The notes beneath the pieces are model-generated. The model had not been told where the DNA came from and did not search any database. It was given only the letters and a program-made list of their open reading frames with translations. The position numbers and the translations under genes are program-made. 52,858 bases of DNA from an uncultured Planctomycetia bacterium (GTDB lineage: Bacteria > Omnitrophota > Gorgyraeia > Duberdicusellales > 4484-171). Positions 20,072 through 29,664 of this stretch are shown one piece after another (positions within the stretch are counted from its first letter, which is position 1; each line of letters begins with the position of its first letter). The DNA lies in assembly GCA_964455085.1 (NCBI GenBank), contig CAYVYJ010000009.1, positions 1 to 52,858 of the forward strand. Reading direction: 5' to 3'.

Positions 20072-21088
20072 TTATTGTTTCTGGTCCGAAGCACTTGCGC
20101 TTTTTAACTCTCCTTCTATCTCTGTCATTAAAGCGCTATTTTCTCTCAATAGGCTTCTTAACTGCTCTTTACCTTGAGCTAAGTTCTTATCCTTATAAGA
20201 AAACCAACTCCCAGACTTCTTTATCAATCCTCCATCAATTGCGGCATCAATCAAAGCTCCGGACTTAGACACCCCTTCATTATACATTATCTCAAATATT
20301 GCTTCTTTAAACGGCGGGGAAACCTTATTCTTTACTATCTTAGCCCTCACCTTTATACCAACCGCACCATTGGGCGTAGTAATGGTAGCTATTCTCCTTA
20401 AGTCAATTCTTACTGATGAGTAGAATTTTAAAGCTCTACCTCCGGGAGTAACCTCAGGAGAACCAAACATCACTCCTATTTTCATTCTTATCTGGTTAAT
20501 GAATACCACGCAAGTCTTAGATTTACTTATAGCAGCGGTTAACTTTCGTAAAGCCTGACTCATCAACCGAGCTTGAAGAGCAATCGAAGAATCACCCATA
20601 TTCCCCTCTATTTCTGCCCGTGGCACTAAAGCTGCGACTGAATCAACAACAATTAAATCTACGGCGTTGGACCTAACTAAAGCTTCTACAATTTCTAAAG
20701 CTTGTTCGCCGGTATCAGGCTGAGATATTAAAAGATCTTCTAGTTTTATCCCAATTAACTTAGCATAATTAGGATCAAAGGCATGTTCGGCATCGATAAA
20801 AGCAGCCGTACCTCCACTACTTTGCCCTTGAGCAATGATACTTAAAGTTAAGGTAGTTTTCCCTGATGATTCAGGGCCGTAAATCTCAATCACCCTACCC
20901 CTGGGCAGACCTCCTACTCCCAAGGCCCGATCTAAAAAGATTATTCCTGTTGGTATTGCCTCAACATCCATTCTTGCTTCTTCTCCCATTCGCATTATCG
21001 CACCCTTACCGAATTGTTTTTCTATTTGTGAGAGAGCAAGATCTAAAGCCTTTTTCTTGTTCTCTAATGTACTTTTTTCTTTGTTCAT
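20072..21088 (-). CDS. recA: Recombinase RecA
   Basis: [45 protein letters not shown]. Confidence 0.99.
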   Translation of the reverse strand: MNKEKSTLENKKKALDLALSQIEKQFGKGAIMRMGEEARMDVEAIPTGIIFLDRALGVGGLPRGRVIEIYGPESSGKTTLTLSIIAQGQSSGGTAAFIDAEHAFDPNYAKLIGIKLEDLLISQPDTGEQALEIVEALVRSNAVDLIVVDSVAALVPRAEIEGNMGDSSIALQARLMSQALRKLTAAISKSKTCVVFINQIRMKIGVMFGSPEVTPGGRALKFYSSVRIDLRRIATITTPNGAVGIKVRAKIVKNKVSPPFKEAIFEIMYNEGVSKSGALIDAAIDGGLIKKSGSWFSYKDKNLAQGKEQLRSLLRENSALMTEIEGELKSASASDQKQ

Positions 21089-21098
21089 AGCTCCTCCT

Positions 21099-21191
21099 CA
21101 ATGAGACTATGACTTATACGACTGAAAAGAGTATAAGTCATAGAGTCGAATTGATCCTGAGGAAGCAACCTAAGGGAGCTTCCGAAGGATC
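21099..21191 (+). repeat. Double-hairpin element with tandem G.A cores (copy 1, recA 5' UTR)
   Basis: CAAT-GA-GACT..[CTATGACTTATAC/GTATAAGTCATAG]..AGTC-GA-ATTG followed by GATCCT-GA-GGAAGC..GCTTCC-GA-AGGATC. Confidence 0.85.
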
Positions 21192-21221
21192 TTATTGATT
21201 AATAAAATTTCCACTTATTAA

Positions 21222-21250
21222 ATTATACTCTTTGATAATTTTAGTGTCAA
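21222..21250 (-). promoter_or_regulatory. Consensus sigma70 promoter for recA
   Basis: TTGACA-17 nt-TATAAT exact match on - strand. Confidence 0.85.
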
Positions 21251-21261
21251 ACGATTCACAA

Positions 21262-21864
21262 TCAAAACTGAGACTCTTCCTTCTTCATAATATTTTTTAA
21301 ATTTTTCTTATGTCTGATTAGGATGAAGGCAAAAAGAGAAAAGAAAAATATCCTAAACTCTAAGGGTAAGGGGAAAATAAGAGAAAAAATAAAGAAAGAA
21401 AAAGCACTGATTATTGAAGCCAGCGAAACAAGTTTAAAGATATAAAATACTATGGCCCAAACGGATATAGAGATTAGAAAAATACTTGCTAAGGAAGGGA
21501 ATTGAAGACTCAATCCAGCGATACCGCCCAGACTGGTTGATACCCCTTTACCCCCTTTAAATCTTAAGAAAGGAGTCCAATTATGCCCGCAAACTGCAGC
21601 AATAATTGCTAAAATAAAAATAATTGCTAATGGATTAGCTACAAAAAAAGGCACAATAAAAGGAACGATGAACCCCTTAAAAAAGTCTAAAATAAATACC
21701 AAGATACCCCACTTCTTTCCTAAAACCCGGGTTACATTGGTTGCCCCAATATTACCAGAACCAAGACCTCTTATGTCGACCCTTTTAAGTAGGTAGACAA
21801 ATAAAAACCCAAAAGGTATCCCGCCAATAAGATAACTAATGATAAGCAGATTTACTGTCTGCAT
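21262..21864 (-). CDS. plsY: Glycerol-3-phosphate acyltransferase PlsY
   Basis: YLIGGIPFG, GSGNIGATNVTR, GHNWTPFLRFKGGKGV, RHKKN. Confidence 0.97.
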   Translation of the reverse strand: MQTVNLLIISYLIGGIPFGFLFVYLLKRVDIRGLGSGNIGATNVTRVLGKKWGILVFILDFFKGFIVPFIVPFFVANPLAIIFILAIIAAVCGHNWTPFLRFKGGKGVSTSLGGIAGLSLQFPSLASIFLISISVWAIVFYIFKLVSLASIISAFSFFIFSLIFPLPLEFRIFFFSLFAFILIRHKKNLKNIMKKEESQF

Positions 21865-22402
21865 TTAGAGCTCGTACCCCCCTTAGAAAATAATTAATTC
21901 CCGAAATCAATGTAAAGATTGCTGCCCCCTTCCAAACCCAAGGGAAAAAGGGAAAATTTAAAAGCAAAGCCAGAATGGTAGCCATCTGAGAAAGAGTTGT
22001 AAGCTTACCCCAGAGAGAGGGCGCCATGATGGCTTCGCGCCTTAGGAGGTTAATTATTACGACCCCCAGGAGAATAATAAAATCTCTGCTTGCGACGATC
22101 AAAACCAGACCTAATGGCATCTTAAAAGCGAAGGGTAAGGTTTGCCTAAAGATATACAGAGAAACAAATGCTGAAAACAGAAGTAATTTGTCGGCTAAAG
22201 GGTCAAGGACCTGACCAAAGTCTGCCTTCTCTCTCCTTATTCTTGCTGCTAACCCGTCAAAGAAGTCACTTAAGATTGCGATAACAAAAACCACCGTTGC
22301 TATATGCCTTAAGTAAACGTGAGCACGTGAATAAATCAGTAACGACACAAATACCGGGATAAGGATAATCCGAATGCTGGTTAATTTATCGGCCAGACTC
22401 AT
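21836..22402 (-). CDS. pgsA: CDP-alcohol phosphatidyltransferase (PgsA-like)
   Basis: LTSIRI, SDFFDGLAAR...GQVLDPLADK, RD, GKLTT. Confidence 0.85.
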   Translation of the reverse strand: MSLADKLTSIRIILIPVFVSLLIYSRAHVYLRHIATVVFVIAILSDFFDGLAARIRREKADFGQVLDPLADKLLLFSAFVSLYIFRQTLPFAFKMPLGLVLIVASRDFIILLGVVIINLLRREAIMAPSLWGKLTTLSQMATILALLLNFPFFPWVWKGAAIFTLISGINYFLRGVRALNADSKSAYH

Positions 22403-22434
22403 TGTCGAAAATTAAATTTTTTACTTCCTATCAC

Positions 22435-23007
22435 CTATTCAAACATAACTATTCGCTTTAGCGGCCACCAGATAAAAATCGCTTTTCCGATAATATCTTT
22501 TTCATCGGCAAAACCCCAATCACGACTGTCTTTCGACGAAATACTATTATCGCCAAGGAAAAAATATTTATCTTGGGGAATAACTATTTCTTTACCCTCG
22601 ATTCCATATTCTCCCTGATTATAATAATAATTTCTTGCAATCTTGGAATCAACTACCATTTCACCATTTATATAAATATTGCCGTCTCTTAAACTGACTC
22701 TGTCGCCGGGTAAGCCGATTAACCTTTTTATGTAGGATTTATTTCTATCGCTGGGCGGAATAAATACAACTATATCAAACCGTTTAGGTTTACCAAACCC
22801 CTGGATGCGCAAGGGAGTAAAGGGAATCTTTGGGCCGTAGGTAAGCTTGCTTACAAAAATCTTATCTCCGGGGCTTAAAACCGGAATCATTGAAGTAGTG
22901 GGAATTTTATATATCTGAAAGAAGAATGTCCTTAAAAATATTGCCAAGGCAGCAGCAATAATTATGGCCTCTACCCACTCTCTTAGTATGCTCTTGTTTC
23001 TACTCAT
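22435..23007 (-). CDS. lepB: Signal peptidase I
   Basis: IPTTSMIP (catalytic Ser), YIKRLIGLPGD (catalytic Lys), GDNSISSKDSRDWG. Confidence 0.97.
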   Translation of the reverse strand: MSRNKSILREWVEAIIIAAALAIFLRTFFFQIYKIPTTSMIPVLSPGDKIFVSKLTYGPKIPFTPLRIQGFGKPKRFDIVVFIPPSDRNKSYIKRLIGLPGDRVSLRDGNIYINGEMVVDSKIARNYYYNQGEYGIEGKEIVIPQDKYFFLGDNSISSKDSRDWGFADEKDIIGKAIFIWWPLKRIVMFE

Positions 23008-23016
23008 CTTTTATAA

Positions 23017-23124
23017 AGAGATTAACAGATTTTTTAGAAGATTACACAGATTTATATTATAACAGCTTCTCGATATAATTGTATATTTAATCTACGTAAT
23101 CTTTCTTTAATCTGTGGAATCCCT
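23017..23124. repeat. Imperfect palindrome of AGATT/AATCT units between lepA and lepB
   Basis: Left AGAGATT AACAGATT ..GAAGATT ACACAGATT; right AATCTACGT AATCTTTC.. AATCTGTGG AATCCCT. Confidence 0.75.
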
Positions 23125-23126
23125 AT

Positions 23127-24923
23127 TTACATTTTGAGTACTTCTAAGAAAGCATTCTGGGGAATAGTTATGTTACCCAGTTGTTTCATCTTTTTCTTTC
23201 CCTTTTTCTGCTTCTCCCAAAGTTTCCTCTTTCTAGTAATGTCCCCTCCGTAACACTTAGCAGTAACATTCTTCTTTAGGGCTGATACCTTCTGAGAAGC
23301 AATTATTTTCGAACCAATCGCGGCTTGAATCTTTACCTCATACATCTGCCGAGGAATCAACTTTTTTAGCTTCTCAACCACAGTCTTTGCTTTAGTTTCG
23401 GATTTATCTTTATGCACCAGGATTGAAAAAGCTTCAGTCTTCTTCTGATTAAAAAGAATATCAATCTTGACAATCTCTGTCTTCTGATAACCGATAAACT
23501 CATAGTCAAAAGAAGCATATCCCCTAGTCAAAGATTTTATATTGTCATAAAAATCAATAACAATTTCTCCTAAGGGAAGATCAAACACTATAGCTAATCG
23601 ATCCTTACCTAAATAATCCATCTTTACGAACTCGCCCCGCCTTGATTTTGCCAAATCGCAAATAGAATCCATCTCCTCTAAAGGAGTAACAATAGTGGCC
23701 CTCACAAAGGGTTCAGAAATCTCTTCAACGTAAGATGGATCGGGAAATTGATGGGGAACTTCTATATATTCTACATTTTTTTCTCCTGTCCTCTTTAGCA
23801 AGTATTTAACATTAGGAGAAGTTAGGATGAGGTCGAGATTATGCTCCCGCTCTAATCTTTCCTGAACTATCTCCATATGTAAGAGTCCTAGAAAGCCGCA
23901 TCTAAATCCATAACCTAAGGTGCCTAAATTATCAGGCTCATAGACAAAAGAGGGGTCAGACAATTTTAATTTCTCAATAGCGCCTCTTAAAGCAGGATAA
24001 TCTTTGGGTGAAGAAGGAAATATGCCACAAAAAACCATCGGCGACATCTTGGTGTATCCTTCAAAAGCTTCTGAGGTAGGGTGAGATGAAGAGGTGATTG
24101 TATCACCGACATCAATATCCTGAGGGTCTTTTATATTACAACAAATATAACCTACTTCTCCGCAGCAGAGATTATCTCTTTTTTGCGCTTGGGGCAAGAA
24201 TACCCCTACTTCCTCCACTCGATAAGTCTTATTCTGATGCATTAGGAGAATATTATCACCAACAGAAATATTTCCATCAAATATCCTTATAAAAAGTATA
24301 ACTCCCCGGTAAGGATCATAGGTAGAATCAAAAAGAACTGCTTTAAGCGGCTGGTTAACGTCTCCCCGAGGCGGAGGTATCTCCTTAATCACTCTCTCCA
24401 GCAGCCCTTCGACACCTTTGCCTTCTTTAGCAGAAATAAGCGAGATTTCTTCTCTTTTGAAACCAAACACATCAAAAAGCTGGCTAGAACTTCTCTCGAT
24501 ATCAGCGCCAGGAAGGTCTATTTTATTAAGTGCCGGAATAATCCTTAAATCATTCTCTAAAGCAAGGTGAAAATTAGCCACGGTTTGAGCTTCTACCCCT
24601 TGAGAGGCATCAATCAGAATAATCGCACCTTCAGCACCTTTTAAAGACTTAGCAACCTCATAGGAAAAATCAACATGTCCCGGAGTATCGATAAGGTTGA
24701 GAATATAATCTCTTCCCCCAAAGAGAAGGTTTAATCTTACCGCCTTTGCTTTTATGGTAATTCCCCTCTCCTGCTCTAACTCCATACTATCCAACATCTG
24801 TTCTCTTCTCTTCCTGAGGTTAACTGTACCAGCCATATCAAGAAATCTATCAGCAAGGGTAGACTTACCATGATCAATATGGGCAATAATACAGAAATTC
24901 CTTATTTTATCTTTTAAATCCAT
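23127..24923 (-). CDS. lepA: Elongation factor 4
   Basis: IRNFCIIAHIDHGKSTLADR, ERGITIK, DTPGHVDF, GFRCGFLGLLH, KCYGGDITRKRKL. Confidence 0.99.
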   Translation of the reverse strand: MDLKDKIRNFCIIAHIDHGKSTLADRFLDMAGTVNLRKRREQMLDSMELEQERGITIKAKAVRLNLLFGGRDYILNLIDTPGHVDFSYEVAKSLKGAEGAIILIDASQGVEAQTVANFHLALENDLRIIPALNKIDLPGADIERSSSQLFDVFGFKREEISLISAKEGKGVEGLLERVIKEIPPPRGDVNQPLKAVLFDSTYDPYRGVILFIRIFDGNISVGDNILLMHQNKTYRVEEVGVFLPQAQKRDNLCCGEVGYICCNIKDPQDIDVGDTITSSSHPTSEAFEGYTKMSPMVFCGIFPSSPKDYPALRGAIEKLKLSDPSFVYEPDNLGTLGYGFRCGFLGLLHMEIVQERLEREHNLDLILTSPNVKYLLKRTGEKNVEYIEVPHQFPDPSYVEEISEPFVRATIVTPLEEMDSICDLAKSRRGEFVKMDYLGKDRLAIVFDLPLGEIVIDFYDNIKSLTRGYASFDYEFIGYQKTEIVKIDILFNQKKTEAFSILVHKDKSETKAKTVVEKLKKLIPRQMYEVKIQAAIGSKIIASQKVSALKKNVTAKCYGGDITRKRKLWEKQKKGKKKMKQLGNITIPQNAFLEVLKM

Positions 24924-25011
24924 CTCTATTCCTGCAATATTCGTGGTTCGGTTACGGAGACAAAATACCGGGGATTATAAATCTAAGTTTCGCCGATAAA
25001 ACTCTATTTAG

Positions 25012-25650
25012 CTAAACCATGCGTTGAATAATTACCTCGACTGTTTGCGAAATAGTAAGGTTGGTTGTATCAAGACAGATAGCCTCCTCGCTAATCTTCA
25101 AAGGGCTGACTTCTCTGGTCTTATCAGCTATATCTCGCTTCTTAAGATCTTCGGCTACCTCCTGAAACTTAACTTCTATTCCCTTACTCTTTAACTCCTT
25201 AAAACGCCTCTGGGCCCTTACTAACGAAGAAGCATCAAGGTAAAATTTATATTGTGCTTCAGGAAAAACTACTGTAGTTATATCCCGGCCTTCGACAACG
25301 AAATCGCCTTTGCTGACTATCCTCCTCTGCAGCTTTACCATTGCTGCTCTTACCCTTGGTTGAGCCACAACTAAAGAAATACTCTTGTCTATCAGCGGAC
25401 TTCTTATCCGGGCGCTGACATCTTCACCGTTAAGATAGACCTTATCTTCTTTAATTTCTAAATCCAATGTCTCTGCCAAATTCCCTAAAGTATCGGCATC
25501 AGTTAACTCTATTCTTGCTTCTATCGCCTTCAAAGTTAGAGCCCGATACATTGCCCCGGTGTCTAAATAAAAAATACCTAACCTTTTGGCTAGGAGTTTG
25601 GCAACTGTTGTCTTACCTGAACCAGCAGGACCATCTATGCCGATAATCAT
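25012..25650 (-). CDS. cmk: Cytidylate kinase
   Basis: IDGPAGSGKTT, LDTGAMYR, VEGRDI, IDTT-like LDTT. Confidence 0.97.
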   Translation of the reverse strand: MIIGIDGPAGSGKTTVAKLLAKRLGIFYLDTGAMYRALTLKAIEARIELTDADTLGNLAETLDLEIKEDKVYLNGEDVSARIRSPLIDKSISLVVAQPRVRAAMVKLQRRIVSKGDFVVEGRDITTVVFPEAQYKFYLDASSLVRAQRRFKELKSKGIEVKFQEVAEDLKKRDIADKTREVSPLKISEEAICLDTTNLTISQTVEVIIQRMV

Positions 25651-26483
25651 AGCCAGCGTCTTTGTTTAGCGTTGATCTTCTTAATCAAATCTATAATCTT
25701 CGCTTTGTCTTTTTTCTTTATCAAACCTTCAAACTTCCTCAGGCTGCCTATAAATTTATTCAAATCTTCTAAAATATTCTTTTTATTAGAGAGAAAAATA
25801 TCTGCCCAAACCGAAGCTGGTGAACCGGATGTCCGAGTTAAATCCTTAAAGCTCTGGGGATAAAACTTTAAGTGTCCTTGGGGCAAACTTTCAATCAAGG
25901 AAAAGGAAACAATATGCGGTAAGTGTGAAAGGTAAGAAAAGGCCTTATCATGATAATCAGCGTTGATAAAGATTACTTTTGCCCCTAATCTCTCCCAAAT
26001 TCTCTTTACCATTTTGGTGGCGCTGCAGTGAGGTGAAGAAGTAATCAAGCAAATTGCTCCTTGATATAGGCGTGGTCGGCTAAACTCTGCTCCGCTTTTT
26101 TCGCTTCCCACTAAAGGATGGCAACCGACAAAATCCACAGCCTTAGGTAAACACTTAACAATACTTTTCTCGATGACCTTCTTGCTGCTGCCTAAATCAA
26201 AGACAATAGCCCCCGGCTTTAAAAAAAGTGCTATCTTTCTAGAATAATCAACAATACTCTCTATCGGCAGGGCTAAAGCGACTAAATCAGCATTGGCAAC
26301 AACTTTTTTTAACTCTCGCTCTACCCTATCCAGAATCTGTAACTTCTTTAGTTTCAAATAGGATTTTTTACTCCGGGCATATCCCCAGACCGCTATTCGC
26401 GGAAATTCCTTCTTAAAAGCTAAACTCAAAGACCCCCCCATGAATCCTACGCCTAATATCGCTACTTTCTTTATTGTCTTCAT
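25647..26483 (-). CDS. tyrA: Prephenate/arogenate dehydrogenase
   Basis: GVGFMGGS, DLGSSK, VGCHPLVGSEKSG, HD..SHLPH, DLTR. Confidence 0.92.
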   Translation of the reverse strand: MKTIKKVAILGVGFMGGSLSLAFKKEFPRIAVWGYARSKKSYLKLKKLQILDRVERELKKVVANADLVALALPIESIVDYSRKIALFLKPGAIVFDLGSSKKVIEKSIVKCLPKAVDFVGCHPLVGSEKSGAEFSRPRLYQGAICLITSSPHCSATKMVKRIWERLGAKVIFINADYHDKAFSYLSHLPHIVSFSLIESLPQGHLKFYPQSFKDLTRTSGSPASVWADIFLSNKKNILEDLNKFIGSLRKFEGLIKKKDKAKIIDLIKKINAKQRRWL

Positions 26484-27496
26484 ATTGTTCTGCCTACAGC
26501 TTTAGCGATTTCTCTTAACTCTTCCACTAATTTTAAGAAGTTCTCCGGTAAAAGTTGTTGTGCCCCGTCACTTAAGGCCTCTTTGGGGTCGGGATGGACT
26601 TCGATAAGAAGACCGTCTGCTCCGCAAGCTAAGGCAGCTTTACTTAAAGGCGCAACTAGCCCCCACTTTCCGCAAGCATGTGAAGGATCAACAATAATCG
26701 GAAGGTGAGAAAGCATCTTTACCGCCGGAACCGCACTTATATCCAAAGTATTGCGAGTAAACTCCTCAAAGGTTCTTATACCCCGTTCGCATAAAATTAG
26801 ATTGAAATTGCCCTCGGATAAAATATATTCTGCGCTCATTAATAATTCTTTTATGGTAGCGCTTAACCCTCGTTTTAAGATAATCGGTTTTTTAGTTTGC
26901 CCGACTTCTTTTAAAAGATTAAAATTCTGCATATTACGAGCACCGATTTGTAGAACGTCGGCATATTTTGCCACTAAATCTACGTCTCTGGTATCCATAA
27001 CCTCAGTAACTGTAGGTAAATCAAGTTCTTGCGATACGCCTTTAAGCATCTTTAGGCCTTCTTCACCTAGTCCCTGAAAAGTATAAGGAGAGCTACGAGG
27101 CTTAAAGGCTCCTCCCCGCAAAATTGTAGCTCCGGCCTGTTTGACTTTTTTCGCTACCTCACTTAATTGTTCTCTACTCTCAATAGAACAAGGACCAGCA
27201 ATGATTGCTATTTCTCCGGAACCAATTTCAACTTTATCGCTTATTTTTATAACACTATTGGTCTCCTTAAACTCCCGGGATACTAACTTATAAGGTGCCA
27301 ATACCGGCATTACCTTGTCTACTCCCGGAAAAACATCCAGAGGATGTAACCTTATGACATCCTCAGGACCAATAACGCCGACAATGGTCCGTTCTTTACC
27401 CCGAGAAACCATTGCCTTAAGACCTAACTTTTTAACCTTTTTTATAAGGTTGTTTATCTCAAGCTTGGTTGCACCCTTCTTAAAAACAATAATCAT
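26480..27496 (-). CDS. aroF: DAHP synthase, class I-beta with N-terminal regulatory domain
   Basis: IAGPCSIES, RGGAFKPRSSPY, QIGARNMQN, LCERGIR, VDPSH, EVHP, SDGAQ. Confidence 0.96.
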   Translation of the reverse strand: MIIVFKKGATKLEINNLIKKVKKLGLKAMVSRGKERTIVGVIGPEDVIRLHPLDVFPGVDKVMPVLAPYKLVSREFKETNSVIKISDKVEIGSGEIAIIAGPCSIESREQLSEVAKKVKQAGATILRGGAFKPRSSPYTFQGLGEEGLKMLKGVSQELDLPTVTEVMDTRDVDLVAKYADVLQIGARNMQNFNLLKEVGQTKKPIILKRGLSATIKELLMSAEYILSEGNFNLILCERGIRTFEEFTRNTLDISAVPAVKMLSHLPIIVDPSHACGKWGLVAPLSKAALACGADGLLIEVHPDPKEALSDGAQQLLPENFLKLVEELREIAKAVGRTI

Positions 27497-28578
27497 CTAT
27501 CTCCTCCTAAATAATTTTTTAAATATTTTATAAATTTTTTATTTTCTTTAGGCAAACCTACAGTTACCCGAAAGAAGTTTTTCAAACCCCAGCCGCCTAA
27601 CCCTCTTACAATGACTCCCCGCTTAAGGAGGTAATCACAGAGACCCGATGCATTCTTTTTAAAATCAACAAGAACAAAGTTAGTCGCACTCTCTAGAAAT
27701 GCCAGATTGCATTCTTTCAGCTCTTTATAGAGATAACCCTTCTCCCTTTTAACATAAGCAACTACCTTCCTTAAAAATTCCTTATTCTTTAAAGCAGCTT
27801 GAGCTGCTACTTGGGCAAATCTATTTATATTAAAGGGTTCCCTAACCTTATTTAAAATCCCGGCCAACCCTTTAGTTGTAATACCGTAACCAATACGCAA
27901 TCCAGCTAAACCATAGGCCTTAGAAAAAGTACGAGTTACTATGATCTTGCCACGCTTTTTCAAGAAATTAAGGGTTTTCGGAAAATCTCCTGGTGCAAAC
28001 TCAAAATAAGCTTCATCAAAGAAAACTAATACTTTTTTGGGGATTTTAGCCAAAAAATCCTTTACTTCTTTATGACTTAAGTATGTCCCGGTAGGATTAT
28101 CAGGATTAGCAATAAAAATAATCTTTGTCTTTTTAGTAACTTTTTCAGCCATTTTTTCTAAACAGTAACCTAAATTAACTGAAGGAACCCTTACTACTTT
28201 AGCGCCTTCAATTTTAGCTTGGATCTCATAAATTAAAAAGGTAGGGTCAGCAACGATAACCTCATCACCTCTTGTGATAAAAGCTCTCAAAGCTAAAACT
28301 ATTATCTCATCTGAGCCGTTACCGAAGACGATTTGATCCTCCCTAACTTTTAACTTCTTGGCTATTGCCCTCCTTAGATAGAAACTATTACTTTCCGGGT
28401 AACGATTAATATTTTTTAACTCCTCCTGAATCGCCTTACGGATATAGAAAGGAGGGAAAGGGATTTCGTTAGAAGCAAGTTTATAGACTTCATCCAGTCT
28501 AAGTTGCCGCTTTACCTCCTCAATCGGCTTTCCAGGCTTATAAGTATTTATCCTTTTTAACTCTCTGCGAATCTTCAT
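27493..28578 (-). CDS. hisC: Histidinol-phosphate / aromatic aminotransferase
   Basis: YKPGKP, KLASNE, GNGSDE, NPDNPTG, DEAY, RTFSKAYGLAGLRIGY. Confidence 0.95.
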   Translation of the reverse strand: MKIRRELKRINTYKPGKPIEEVKRQLRLDEVYKLASNEIPFPPFYIRKAIQEELKNINRYPESNSFYLRRAIAKKLKVREDQIVFGNGSDEIIVLALRAFITRGDEVIVADPTFLIYEIQAKIEGAKVVRVPSVNLGYCLEKMAEKVTKKTKIIFIANPDNPTGTYLSHKEVKDFLAKIPKKVLVFFDEAYFEFAPGDFPKTLNFLKKRGKIIVTRTFSKAYGLAGLRIGYGITTKGLAGILNKVREPFNINRFAQVAAQAALKNKEFLRKVVAYVKREKGYLYKELKECNLAFLESATNFVLVDFKKNASGLCDYLLKRGVIVRGLGGWGLKNFFRVTVGLPKENKKFIKYLKNYLGGDR

Positions 28579-28589
28579 CTTTCCAACTA

Positions 28590-29654
28590 TTAGCTCTCCT
28601 TAGGGTATGAACCAAGAATCTTGACAAAAAGACACTCCTTCTCTAATGCTCTTAGGGCTCTTCGCACCGATGGAGAATCTTTATGTCCCTGCATGTCTAC
28701 AAAAAAGTAGTATTTCCAAGCTTTCTTTTTGGAAGGCCTGGACTCGATCTTAGTAAGATTTATATTATTCTTCTTAAACGGTACCAAAGCATCATGCAAA
28801 GCTCCGGCCTTATCTTTCATTGAAAAGACTATTGATGTCTTATCTTGTTTAGTTGAACCGGCATCTTGCCTTCCGATTATCAAAAACCGGGTAATATTAT
28901 GCGATGCATCCTCAATAGAACGCGCCAATATATTTAATCGATACTCCTCGGCTGCCGCTTTACTGGCTATAGCAGCTCTTCCCTTTCCCGAAGCAGCAAG
29001 CATTGCCGCCATAGTAGTGCTTGTACAGGGAGTAAGTTTAGCGCCGGGTAAATTTTTCTCAAGCCACATGCGGCACTGGGCAAATACCTGCTGATGAGAG
29101 TAAACATTTTTTAGCAAAGATATTTTTTTATGCTTACTTAAAAGATTATGGTGTATCGGCAGATACATTTCCGAACATATTTTAAGTTCAGAGTCTATAA
29201 ACATATCTAAAGTATGATTCACCGCTCCTTCAGTAGAATTTTCAATGGGAACTACACCATAATCTGCCCTGTCCCGCTCAACTTCGGTAAAAACATCGGC
29301 GATGCTGCTACACTCAAGATAATCCAAAGACTTGCCAAACTTCTTCAGTGCTGCTATATGAGTGAATGTGTGTTCAGGTCCTAAATAAGCTATTTTTATA
29401 TTTGCGTTTTGGGCTCGACAAGCCGAAAGTATTTCCCGAAAAACATTCTCGATGCCTTGAGCCTTAAACAGCCCCTTACTTAAACCCTTAAGGCGCTTGA
29501 GCATGCTTTCTTCCCTGTCCGGAGAGTAAGTACCTATTTTCTTATCCCTTTTTATCCGGCTCACCTTTAGGACTTCCCCAGCTCTTCTATTAAGAAGTTT
29601 AACTATTGTCTCGTCTATCCGATCAATCTCTCCTCTTAATTTTTTTAGTGACAT
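28590..29654 (-). CDS. pheA: Chorismate mutase / prephenate dehydratase
   Basis: LRGEIDRID..LLNRR, PIENSTEG, NITRF, ACT domain INLTKIESRP. Confidence 0.97.
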   Translation of the reverse strand: MSLKKLRGEIDRIDETIVKLLNRRAGEVLKVSRIKRDKKIGTYSPDREESMLKRLKGLSKGLFKAQGIENVFREILSACRAQNANIKIAYLGPEHTFTHIAALKKFGKSLDYLECSSIADVFTEVERDRADYGVVPIENSTEGAVNHTLDMFIDSELKICSEMYLPIHHNLLSKHKKISLLKNVYSHQQVFAQCRMWLEKNLPGAKLTPCTSTTMAAMLAASGKGRAAIASKAAAEEYRLNILARSIEDASHNITRFLIIGRQDAGSTKQDKTSIVFSMKDKAGALHDALVPFKKNNINLTKIESRPSKKKAWKYYFFVDMQGHKDSPSVRRALRALEKECLFVKILGSYPKES

Positions 29655-29664
29655 ATATCCTCCT

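Noticed and set aside
21192-21261. LexA/SOS box at the recA promoter
   Set aside because: No CTGT-N8-ACAG or GAAC-N4-GTTC motif seen; a lineage-specific box cannot be excluded.
24924-25011. Possible structured leader upstream of lepA
   Set aside because: A TATAAT is present on the - strand, but I could not find a convincing stem or known RNA motif by eye.
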